Below are positions 1 to 8,418 of a stretch of 64,000 bases of DNA, piece after piece. The notes under the pieces are model-generated. The model was not told the DNA's origin. It was given only the letters and a program-made list of their open reading frames with translations, and made no database searches. Source of the DNA: a virus (taxonomy: Duplodnaviria > Caudoviricetes); IMG/VR virus record IMGVR_UViG_3300031993_000017; one strand, written 5' to 3'. The first letter of the stretch is position 1. Each line of letters begins with the position of its first letter. The position numbers were made by a program, and so were the translations under genes.

Positions 1-220
1 TTAAATAAACGACTCTGTTATCCATGTCAGCTTCTACTTTTATCCGCGGAGCAAATTTTCGATAAGTATCTCCATAATACTTTACAGAAAATTCAGCTCT
101 GTCACCGTCTTCTTCGATAGAAAATTCAGAATCAATATAGAAGTACCTACCGGGGATGTTTTCGAAGTATGGGTGATCTTGGTTCACTATACATGTACCA
201 TCATCGTAATATTGTCTCAT
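1..220 (-). CDS. hypothetical protein, runs off the window start (MRQYYDDG...)
   Basis: ATG at 220 with GAGG RBS; open frame to position 1; not in the supplied ORF track. Confidence 0.7.
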   Translation of the reverse strand, partial: MRQYYDDGTCIVNQDHPYFENIPGRYFYIDSEFSIEEDGDRAEFSVKYYGDTYRKFAPRIKVEADMDNRVVYL

Positions 221-281
221 GTAAATTCCTCGCTTCTGTCTAACAAATTACAAAGGTTTTATTCTGGAATTCATAACGCCT

Positions 282-956
282 TTAACGAATGAACTTTGAA
301 AGATCCTCTTTTAAATACCCACCACTAAGTATGTCGTAAAGATAATCTATGCAATCCTGGTCAAGTTTGAATCTTCCACGACCGGATTCATCACAAATGA
401 AAACTTCGGTGACGCCATCATCAAATAAATTATCTGATTTGTAATTCATTCGAGTTTTAATGAAGAATCCCCTGCCATTAGACTTTCCTATCTTATCCAG
501 AAGCTCTTTCACAGTCATTGGATTCTTTTGCGCACCCCACCAGATGCCTCTATATTTCTTATCCAAGCTAGTACTTGCGTTTATAGACCTTCTTCTATTT
601 AAATTTCTGCAAGCCTTAATCCTATCGGGACAATACTTATCATTAAGAACATGTTCTGCTATGTAAGTTATGTCTTCGCCGTTCATAAGTGCAAGCCACT
701 CAGCGGGAGATATTGCCTGATAGGTGCTTTGGAAGTAAGGAGATACAGTATCCTCTGACAGAACAGTTGTCCACTTCCACCCAGATCCATAATCAAGATA
801 TGTGTCACCTACCCAATATTTGAATCCATTAGGGCTAAGTTTTGTCAATTTATCTGCAAGTTCTTCAAGTAGTCTGTATTCCTCTTGATCTGGTGTGAAT
901 GTACACATATCACCTTGGCGGTAATAACCAATTTCTTTCATATTTGTACCTCTCAA
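282..956 (-). CDS. hypothetical protein, two modules joined by RRSINAST linker
   Basis: ORF track; likely start MKEIGYY after GAGAGG RBS. Confidence 0.75.
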   Translation of the reverse strand: MRGTNMKEIGYYRQGDMCTFTPDQEEYRLLEELADKLTKLSPNGFKYWVGDTYLDYGSGWKWTTVLSEDTVSPYFQSTYQAISPAEWLALMNGEDITYIAEHVLNDKYCPDRIKACRNLNRRRSINASTSLDKKYRGIWWGAQKNPMTVKELLDKIGKSNGRGFFIKTRMNYKSDNLFDDGVTEVFICDESGRGRFKLDQDCIDYLYDILSGGYLKEDLSKFIR

Positions 957-1229
957 TTACTCTTCTTCATAGTCGTAAATGTAATCAGAAAGTGCAGATG
1001 CATAAGAACTAAGTGATTCTGCAATCTGATCATACTCTGGACCTGTTACAGATAACGGAAACTCGTTGTTTTCCTCAAAATCATCAAGGTAAATTTCATC
1101 TTCTTCACAAGCATCAAACAGTTTGCCATATATCTCCAAATGCTTTATATAGAGTTGACCCAACATCCACAAAGTATCTACATATAAATCCAAAAGTTTC
1201 GCTGTTTTACTGCTGATTTCCATAATCAT
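957..1229 (-). CDS. hypothetical acidic protein
   Basis: ORF abutting neighbours, AAGGAG RBS. Confidence 0.7.
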   Translation of the reverse strand: MIMEISSKTAKLLDLYVDTLWMLGQLYIKHLEIYGKLFDACEEDEIYLDDFEENNEFPLSVTGPEYDQIAESLSSYASALSDYIYDYEEE

Positions 1230-1235
1230 TACTCC

Positions 1236-1724
1236 TTAAAAAATAATATTATAGTTTTCTTCACTGTAATCCAATAACTTTTTCCTGTTATTCGGAACAG
1301 TGATAATTTCTGTGTAATCGAAATCCCACTTAGAAATCTTAGTAATGTTAATAGATTTCTTCCCACTATCAGATAAGGTTTTAATAGATTCAATTGGAAT
1401 CCAAAAGGCTCGTTTATAACTTGCAAATAGAACAATGACAATGCCATGAACATGATCAATCTGTGACTTTTCTACAAGTCCGTTGTATTGAGTTTCTGTA
1501 AGCATATTGAAATCAAATCTATCGTTCCACGTTGCTTTTGATTCTATATAATAGAACTCAGGTGACTTAAATAAAATAAAATCACAGATATTTTTACTGC
1601 CGTATTGACCAGACATTTGGTCTGGGATTCTATCAAAACAAAAACCTAGCTCTGGTTTATCTAACCATCCTTTAACTTTTTGTTCAGCTGCTTTTCCGAT
1701 TTCACTGTTCATAAGTCCATCCAA
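1236..1724 (-). CDS. RecU-like / PD-(D/E)XK Holliday junction resolvase
   Basis: GKAAE...CDFILF...IESKAT and Q...L...HGIVIV motifs typical of RecU-type nucleases. Confidence 0.7.
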   Translation of the reverse strand: MDGLMNSEIGKAAEQKVKGWLDKPELGFCFDRIPDQMSGQYGSKNICDFILFKSPEFYYIESKATWNDRFDFNMLTETQYNGLVEKSQIDHVHGIVIVLFASYKRAFWIPIESIKTLSDSGKKSINITKISKWDFDYTEIITVPNNRKKLLDYSEENYNIIF

Positions 1725-2734
1725 CTGTAAGCATCAAACACCTGAATGCAGATTTCTTTCAATTCATCTTCACGATATGGATCGCTTTCCATATACTCAT
1801 CAATGTCAGTCCAACATTCTACTAAATGTTTAGACCCATGATTATCGGTTATGTATGCGTAAGTAATCAAACTGCCTTCATGCTCAACATATTCACAAGT
1901 CCAGGTATAATCAACTAAAGTGTCATCTCCGACAGATTGTAAGTCAATGTTCCACTGTTCTAATGCGGATTCAACATCCTCCATGAATTCTTTGAAATCA
2001 TTGTCTGTGTAAATATCAGTAGATGTCTTTATGGTCTTATGATCCTCAATACACTGCAATCTTATTTCTTCAAGAGTTTCAGCTATCTTCGTTTTTACTT
2101 CTTCAATACTATGACAATGAAATGATTGACCGAGTACATTGCTGTCCTGAACAACTGTAAGTAAGTAATTTTTCTGATCTGATTGATAGGGCTGTTTCAC
2201 ATCGAAATTTACTATGAAATCTACCGGAACAATATCGAAAGATTCGTCCTTTCCATATTTTTTCTTAAGTGCTTTTACTATTTTCTGTCTAGTTTCAGGA
2301 TCTACGTACCTGTTCTGCTCAAGATGGTTTGATATCCTAGGATACATTGTTAATCTACATACAGAGCTGCCTGCCTCGCTGTTCTCTAACACATCAGCAG
2401 TGACATAGAAACTATTACTTTCTGGTTCGATCTTCAAATATTGATCTAACCTCGCACGATATGTTTGATCATATGGATCAGTTGAAGCATCCTTCGGAAG
2501 TATATTAAACCAACGCGCTCGATCACTTTTTGATTTAAAACTTGGATTTGCACCTAACATCTTGTATTTAGATCTATCATCTAAGATTGATCGAAAGTAT
2601 TCTCTTATTTCTGAAAATTCAGAATAGGGAATACGCAACTTACGCTTTGATGCAGTGATTGGAGTAGAATCTTTGAATACAATTGTGTAATATATGTCGA
2701 TGTTAATATATAAATTCAATTGTAATGGTTCCAT
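1709..2734 (-). CDS. hypothetical protein, paralog of 14819-15910 (SxSFYV...RIS[ND]H domain)
   Basis: Co-linear similarity to 14819-15910 over both domains. Confidence 0.75.
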   Translation of the reverse strand: MEPLQLNLYINIDIYYTIVFKDSTPITASKRKLRIPYSEFSEIREYFRSILDDRSKYKMLGANPSFKSKSDRARWFNILPKDASTDPYDQTYRARLDQYLKIEPESNSFYVTADVLENSEAGSSVCRLTMYPRISNHLEQNRYVDPETRQKIVKALKKKYGKDESFDIVPVDFIVNFDVKQPYQSDQKNYLLTVVQDSNVLGQSFHCHSIEEVKTKIAETLEEIRLQCIEDHKTIKTSTDIYTDNDFKEFMEDVESALEQWNIDLQSVGDDTLVDYTWTCEYVEHEGSLITYAYITDNHGSKHLVECWTDIDEYMESDPYREDELKEICIQVFDAYSWMDL

Positions 2735-2825
2735 AAAACCACCGTCTTCCTTAACAGTATAGCTTTAATCTTAGTTACTAGACCTGTTGTTTATCTCATT
2801 AACAATAACGATTCAAAGTTAAGTA

Positions 2826-3125
2826 TCACCAGTAAATATCATAAACATTTGTATGTATCTGTCCAAGTCTGTATATGCCACGTTCTACAATTCTGTATCC
2901 AGCTTCTTCCAATTCTTCTCTCAAGCCTTCCGGAAATTTAATTACTATGGTACAACATCTCTGACCACAGCCTGAATAATACTCAATCAATTCTGCAATA
3001 CCGCTTTTTGCTTTATCATAAATTGCAGTACTTGCAATGGTTTCCATATCGGAAGGGGTAGGGATCGGAGCTGGAGTATCACCACCACCTTGACTTGATT
3101 CCAAAACTCTTATATCAATAGCCAT
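2826..3125 (-). CDS. hypothetical protein
   Basis: ORF with RBS, contiguous with tail-fibre accessory genes. Confidence 0.65.
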   Translation of the reverse strand: MAIDIRVLESSQGGGDTPAPIPTPSDMETIASTAIYDKAKSGIAELIEYYSGCGQRCCTIVIKFPEGLREELEEAGYRIVERGIYRLGQIHTNVYDIYW

Positions 3126-3129
3126 TTAA

Positions 3130-3267
3130 TCATCCCTCGCTTTCATCAACAGGTACAACATACCCATTTTCTGCAAGAATCCTTAATACATCTTCTCTCA
3201 GTCTTGCGGGTACATCATCAATGGTTTTCAGACCCTTCATAATCAGTTCTGCATATATCTTAGCCAT
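3130..3267 (-). CDS. CD1375/XkdX-like small tail-fibre-associated protein (45 aa)
   Basis: Hand translation MAKIYAELIMKGLKTIDDVPARLREDVLRILAENG...; GAGG RBS; below ORF-track cut-off. Confidence 0.8.
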   Translation of the reverse strand: MAKIYAELIMKGLKTIDDVPARLREDVLRILAENGYVVPVDESEG

Positions 3268-3295
3268 CTTTATGACCTCACTTTCATACAAGGTT

Positions 3296-3568
3296 TTATT
3301 CTGTTCCTACTACGATCTCATACAGTTCTACTAATGCTTCTTGTAAATCTGTTATGTCGCTTTCGGATTTGATAAGTTCTCTGTATATTTCCCAATCTTC
3401 TTTTTTGATTTTCTGTTCCAGACCTTTCCAAAACTTAATTGTCTCTCCAGTCATTTCATCAATACGTTCTGTTTCTTCCAAATCTTTTCTTACATATACA
3501 TATACTTTGGAAGATGTATTGTCTATTTGATCTGGCTTTTCAGATCCAAATTCTACTTCATACCACAT
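3296..3568 (-). CDS. putative tail-fibre assembly chaperone (XkdW-like position)
   Basis: C-terminal ITDLQEALVELYE helix directly before a CD1375-like gene, downstream of fibre genes. Confidence 0.6.
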   Translation of the reverse strand: MWYEVEFGSEKPDQIDNTSSKVYVYVRKDLEETERIDEMTGETIKFWKGLEQKIKKEDWEIYRELIKSESDITDLQEALVELYEIVVGTE

Positions 3569-3590
3569 GATATTATTGATCCTCCTTATT

Positions 3591-3650
3591 TTTTAACTCA
3601 ATTCTAACTCAATTCTAACTCAATTTTAACTCAGTTTTAACTCAATTCTC
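3591..3650. repeat. five tandem 11-bp repeats TT(T/C)TAACTCA(A/G)
   Basis: ttttaactcaa ttctaactcaa ttctaactcaa ttttaactcag ttttaactcaa read directly. Confidence 0.9.
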
Positions 3651-3870
3651 AGTTAGAATTAATAATAGTCTCAGTCTGACCCTCTAAGAAACTATTTACC
3701 TTTTTCCCACAATTAGGACAATAGCACATTCCGATGGGTTCATTGTCTAACTGACGGTAAAATGATATAGACTTACAGTCTTCGCACATATAGCCGTAAA
3801 TCAATTGATTGTTGTATAATCTGCCGAACATATCAGAAACATAAATCATTCTTACAGAATCCGTATCCAT
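3649..3870 (-). CDS. small zinc-ribbon protein
   Basis: CEDC...CPNCG pairs. Confidence 0.65.
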   Translation of the reverse strand: MDTDSVRMIYVSDMFGRLYNNQLIYGYMCEDCKSISFYRQLDNEPIGMCYCPNCGKKVNSFLEGQTETIINSN

Positions 3871-3918
3871 TCTGCCACCCTTTCAATCTGTTCAAAGTAA
3901 ATCTACTATAATATACAT

Positions 3919-3984
3919 AAAATCCACTATAATCTACACAAAATCAACCATAACTGAAAAATTCTATAAATTATAGTGGATTTT
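3919..3984. repeat. 15-bp perfect inverted repeat AAAATCCACTATAAT / ATTATAGTGGATTTT
   Basis: Arms at 3919-3933 and 3970-3984. Confidence 0.85.
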
Positions 3985-4116
3985 CTTTAAAAAATACCCA
4001 CCCTGGTCCGCATAATCCTACCTTTCTCATACTTCTGCAAGGTTAGCCACTTCTTACAAAAGCGAACTTTCACAGTCTATCTGAGGGTACGAACATAGGC
4101 GTGGCGGGTTTGTTTT

Positions 4117-4242
4117 TTAGTCTTTCTTCGGCTCTATCACAAGCTCCCCTGTTTCGAGGTTCAGCGTTCCATAATAGATATTGCCTTCTTCCGTGTCGCT
4201 TGTAATCGGTCTAACATTAGTCGGTCTAGGTTCGTTTTCCAT
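4117..4242 (-). CDS. 41-aa mini-protein MENEPRPTNVRPITSDTEEGNIYYGTLNLETGELVIEPKKD
   Basis: Hand translation; AGAAAGGA RBS overlapping the upstream stop codon. Confidence 0.65.
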   Translation of the reverse strand: MENEPRPTNVRPITSDTEEGNIYYGTLNLETGELVIEPKKD

Positions 4243-4246
4243 GATA

Positions 4247-6886
4247 TTATCCTTTCTTCGCCATATAAGTCAAAGCCGTATCTCCCGTATTGCACCAAAG
4301 CGTGTTATTGCCGAGCAAAAGCGGAATATCTGTCTGGGTAATGTTGTATTCTATGGGAGTGGCAAGCGTAAACACTACCGAAACGGGCGTTCCGTTTGCA
4401 TACTGTTGCGCAAGATATGTTTTCATATCCGTTTCGTTCGCTATGCTATCATCACGCCAAAATACTAGATTTTCGTATGCACAAATATTATTGTTTGCGT
4501 TATTCGCATACACGGGAGCGGTTGACGGCTTGTAATGGGAGCAAGCAATAGGCACATTCGTTCCGCTCTTTGCGTCTGTAAGCACGATTGCGGAAAATCT
4601 GCCGTTGCCAAGATACTCTGAGTAATAAATCGTTTCTTCGCCCGTAAACTGATAAATCGGATTTACTACTTTCACCTTCCCCCTCACAAAATCCACCTCC
4701 CCGCCGAAGATCGTTCCCGCTTCGGTCTGCCATGTGACGGGATAGACGGACGGAGTGATATAGGGAGTGTAATCTGTGGCTGTTGAGCCGACTTCTATTT
4801 GTGTTTTAGATATTGTCTGCGGTCGCCCTGTGTTGTTAAAAAAGCGCAAGCCTAATTTTTTTCCTAGGATTGAATCGTTGATGTTGATTGTTGAACTTGT
4901 ATGATCTTCCAACGACCCAGACCAATCGTCACACCAAACAAACCGACAAAACGTGCCTGTAATAGCTTCGCTTATAGTCAATCGGGTATTTCTCCAACTT
5001 TCTGGCACACGATCCGTCAATTCCCAACAGACATAATACGAACCGACATTATTTACATCTATCGTACAAGAATTATTCTCACCATAGATCAAATGGGGAT
5101 TTCCGTTTTTTCGCGCTTCGTTATCAGCCGAAATTTTAATCAGATTCTTCCCACACCCGAACAAATTTGCCCCCGTCCAACCACTTATAGGACGGATATT
5201 CTGAGGTGATGGATCGCCAGAGCCTTCCTGAATAGCTGTGATTTTACACTGTAAGTCAATGGCGGGCTTTGCAAGGGCATCGGTAACTGAAATGATCGGG
5301 GTAAAATCGACATTGAAAACATTTCCATTTCCATTGATATTGAATAAACTACGTTGAAATACTCCGTCACCATAGCCATTTCTTGAATTCCCACCAACAG
5401 AAAGATTTTTTATGTCTCCATAGTCCTGTGTCATATTATCACAATAATAGGTAGAACTTGAACTACCACTGGAAGGAACATTGTATGGTAGCATTGTGCT
5501 GTTAGTAAGCAGAAAACTCTTTATATAGTTTCCGCTTGTTCCAGTAGGTGTAGATTGTACTTCTATATATCCTGTTCCGTCTGTATTGTAATAATCTGTG
5601 GTAGAACCATCTGTCTGACCGAGACACATCTTTATATAAGAATTATCATTTTTGAAAATGTATCCTAAGATTCTTCTTTCGGTGAACCCCCAGAAATTTT
5701 CAATCCCGAATACTTTTACAGCATTTGTATAAACACTAGCATCACCGCTATTTGTACCATAGAACAGGCCCTTATCATTTTGTACACCTGTTCTGAATCC
5801 ATCATTGATTGCGGAAGTACCACCAGTAGTTAAACCTATTCCGAATTTAGACTGAGAATTCAAACTCTTGGAAATCAGAACCAACAGAATATCAATGATT
5901 GTGATTTCTGATAATGTTGGCATATGATAAGTAGATCCATTTGCTTCATAAGCACTAATTTCATCACTGAATTCATCTATTTCACAATATTGAGCATTAC
6001 TTACAGAACGAACTAAAGTTGAATTTCCGCTAATGTTGTATGCTGGAAAATACATCTTATCATTCATACCACCAGATAATCTTATGTATGGATATGCTAC
6101 AAAACCACTGTCAGCTTGTGTTTCACATACATATATACTACCGCTTGTAGAATCACCCGGATCAGATACAATCTTATACCAAATCTTAGGAAACTCGATC
6201 ATTACATTACTCCCACTTGGGAGAGTTCCATCGATTGTCACTGTATTTCCGTCTAAGTCTTTGGTATAATCCATAGGATCAAGATAGGTTACTACTTGTC
6301 CATTTCCGTTAAGGATACATGGTTTACATTGTTTGATAAACCATACATCACCCCAGGAACCATAGTTGAATGTATCATTTGCAAAATCCATGTAAACTGG
6401 GGTCATACCGATAGAATCTAACAAGTATGTTACCGCTGAATCTGGGTCTGATTCTGTACTATCAATATGGAATCCGTGTATAATAGGTCTGTTTAAGGCA
6501 TATGTTACACCATCAACAGATATGGTATTCAAAGCAGGATAAGTAGTTTCCTGTGTCGGATTTGCTGTGATTTGTGGAGCATATAATTCTGTTGTAGTTC
6601 CATTTACTGTTACATCAGCAATATGATCACCTGTTGTTTGAATCGGTGTTACATCAATGGTAGTATGACCCTGTGCAACATCATTGATTGCACCTACCAA
6701 TGTTTTATCAGTAGTGACTAAGGAATCATATTCAAATGATGTTGCGGTTGCATCGGCAATCTGTCCGACTGAAACACTTTTAGATTCATAAGAAGTTCCA
6801 TTCTTTGTCGATACTTCTAATAAATCATCACGATCGGCAGAATCTTTTTTAGTTAATTGAGATATTTTGTGAAAGAAGAATGGCAT
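4247..6886 (-). CDS. tail fibre/receptor-binding protein, paralog of the DGR target with an added C-terminal module
   Basis: First ~510 aa align with 8419-10044 (EYDSLVTTDKTL, HIDS.ESDP, VM.EFPKI, KSLNSQ, VKVFG.EN.WGF). Confidence 0.75.
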   Translation of the reverse strand: MPFFFHKISQLTKKDSADRDDLLEVSTKNGTSYESKSVSVGQIADATATSFEYDSLVTTDKTLVGAINDVAQGHTTIDVTPIQTTGDHIADVTVNGTTTELYAPQITANPTQETTYPALNTISVDGVTYALNRPIIHGFHIDSTESDPDSAVTYLLDSIGMTPVYMDFANDTFNYGSWGDVWFIKQCKPCILNGNGQVVTYLDPMDYTKDLDGNTVTIDGTLPSGSNVMIEFPKIWYKIVSDPGDSTSGSIYVCETQADSGFVAYPYIRLSGGMNDKMYFPAYNISGNSTLVRSVSNAQYCEIDEFSDEISAYEANGSTYHMPTLSEITIIDILLVLISKSLNSQSKFGIGLTTGGTSAINDGFRTGVQNDKGLFYGTNSGDASVYTNAVKVFGIENFWGFTERRILGYIFKNDNSYIKMCLGQTDGSTTDYYNTDGTGYIEVQSTPTGTSGNYIKSFLLTNSTMLPYNVPSSGSSSSTYYCDNMTQDYGDIKNLSVGGNSRNGYGDGVFQRSLFNINGNGNVFNVDFTPIISVTDALAKPAIDLQCKITAIQEGSGDPSPQNIRPISGWTGANLFGCGKNLIKISADNEARKNGNPHLIYGENNSCTIDVNNVGSYYVCWELTDRVPESWRNTRLTISEAITGTFCRFVWCDDWSGSLEDHTSSTININDSILGKKLGLRFFNNTGRPQTISKTQIEVGSTATDYTPYITPSVYPVTWQTEAGTIFGGEVDFVRGKVKVVNPIYQFTGEETIYYSEYLGNGRFSAIVLTDAKSGTNVPIACSHYKPSTAPVYANNANNNICAYENLVFWRDDSIANETDMKTYLAQQYANGTPVSVVFTLATPIEYNITQTDIPLLLGNNTLWCNTGDTALTYMAKKG

Positions 6887-7950
6887 GATTTTAACCCCTT
6901 TCTTTTATCATATTCCGAAACAATCATTCTTAATTGCTTCATACTAATCCTGGAATAGATGTATTTTACACAGGAATTGTGAATATCTAACATCTTAATC
7001 CACCCGATATAAGTAAGCATTTGCCTACTTTCATAAAAGGTTGGTTCTTGCTTCTTTGACAGTCGTTTTGCCTTTGTAATCATCTTATGAAAAATGGATT
7101 TCCGCATGGTGATTCTATCTCTGTAAAATTTACAGCCTAAGAAATCTAAGAATCTACCTTTATGGGTTCCATGTGTGATATAATCAAATCGAAATAACTG
7201 ACATTTGTTATTTAATGAAAGTCCTATATGTTCTAAATAATTACTAATAGAAATCCATGTTTTATGCAATTTTCTTTTATTTGCACCGAATATTACAAGA
7301 TCATCAACATATCGAATGTAGTGAGGTGCGTACATTCCCTGTTTTATCTTATGATCCAATTCATTCAGATAGAAAATCGAAAACCATTGGGAAGTATAAA
7401 ATCCCAATGGAATACCAGTTTCGGAATTTATAATTTTATCACATAACCCCAAAAATTTATTATCACTTATTTTCTGTGATAATTTCTGTTTCAGAATCGT
7501 ATGGTCAACACTTTGAAAATAATGGTGAATATCTAATTTCAAACAATACTTTACATTCTTTTTATCGGTCTGAATCCATTTTTGAATGACTTCCTTTGCC
7601 GATTTTATTCCACGATTCGGTACAGAACCATAGGTATATTCATACAAACTTTTCATCACAATCGGTTTGAATACATTTACGATCATGTGATGAATAATCT
7701 GTTCATCCATTTTTGGTACGATTATTTCTCGTTCCTTTTGTCTGATCCCGTCTTTAATTTTAACAGGGGTATGTTTTGGTGGGATATAATTTTCAGCAAG
7801 TGTTCTGTAATACTCACAGAATTGTTCTGGATGTTCTGACATAAAAAGAACCTTTGGTCGATCCTTCCGACCTCTTGCATAGTCCTTAATGGCTATACAA
7901 ATATTTTGATCGGAAATAAGATTTTCCCAAAGATTCTTATATGTTTTCAT
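6853..7950 (-). CDS. DGR reverse transcriptase
   Basis: KLDIHHYFQS, GIPLGFYTSQW (DGR-type G...SQ), RYVDD; adjacent TR/VR pair; probable start ATG 7950 (MKTYKNL) after AAGAGG. Confidence 0.95.
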   Translation of the reverse strand: MKTYKNLWENLISDQNICIAIKDYARGRKDRPKVLFMSEHPEQFCEYYRTLAENYIPPKHTPVKIKDGIRQKEREIIVPKMDEQIIHHMIVNVFKPIVMKSLYEYTYGSVPNRGIKSAKEVIQKWIQTDKKNVKYCLKLDIHHYFQSVDHTILKQKLSQKISDNKFLGLCDKIINSETGIPLGFYTSQWFSIFYLNELDHKIKQGMYAPHYIRYVDDLVIFGANKRKLHKTWISISNYLEHIGLSLNNKCQLFRFDYITHGTHKGRFLDFLGCKFYRDRITMRKSIFHKMITKAKRLSKKQEPTFYESRQMLTYIGWIKMLDIHNSCVKYIYSRISMKQLRMIVSEYDKRKGLKSCHSSFTKYLN

Positions 7951-8074
7951 TTGTAACCTCTTATTCACACAAATCCTATGCGATTTTCAATTTCTCTACT
8001 AACCGCACCTTCTATCGGAAAATTTTTACACTGTGGTAAGGAAGATGACCTGCATTGAACTCTCTACAAACTTA

Positions 8075-8191
8075 ATAAGTGGGGGAGGAGCCGATATTCC
8101 AGTTCCGATTCGAAGCCGAATTGTTCAGATTGACATAGAACGAACCGCAATTCGTACCGTTGTTCGAATTACCGCCATGATAGGCGAAAGT
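8075..8191 (-). ncRNA. DGR template repeat (TR)
   Basis: Ungapped copy of 8425-8541 at offset 350; non-coding; rich in AAC/AAT triplets. Confidence 0.95.
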
Positions 8192-8366
8192 CCGTAAGGA
8201 AATCGGGCAACTACCGCAAGTCAACTCCCTGTTGGTACTACTTAACATTCATTTTTCATAATGCCATTTGGAACAGAAGTATTATTGTGTGTGTTTGTAG
8301 TAGTCTGTTTATGCAAACCGACTAGATTGATTGGTTACAGATATATTAAAGGTTTTTGTAAAAATG

Positions 8367-8391
8367 GGGGAGTACACCTAGGTTTCTCCCC
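8367..8391 (-). promoter_or_regulatory. GC-rich hairpin downstream of VR (candidate DGR target-recognition cruciform)
   Basis: GGGGAG-tacACCTAGGTtt-CTCCCC about 30 nt past the target stop codon. Confidence 0.6.
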
Positions 8392-8418
8392 TCAACCCCT
8401 CTTCCTAAAACAGAAGTA

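Noticed and set aside
3591-3650. CRISPR array
   Set aside because: 11-bp units are contiguous, with no spacers; the same applies to the 19-bp duplication at 41710-41747. No cas genes seen.
5290-5410. Second active VR in the 879-aa paralog
   Set aside because: Only protein-level resemblance; many non-adenine differences from TR, and the 3' GC-rich end is missing.
1372-7042. Box A-like strings inside coding regions (about 1372, 7033) and weaker variants at about 249 and 4035
   Set aside because: Intragenic or off-consensus; they could be chance matches in AT-rich DNA, so they were not counted.
6853-7968. RT as a group II intron, retron or Abi RT
   Set aside because: The adjacent adenine-specific TR/VR pair and the G...SQ motif identify a DGR; no maturase/endonuclease extension or msr-msd is evident.
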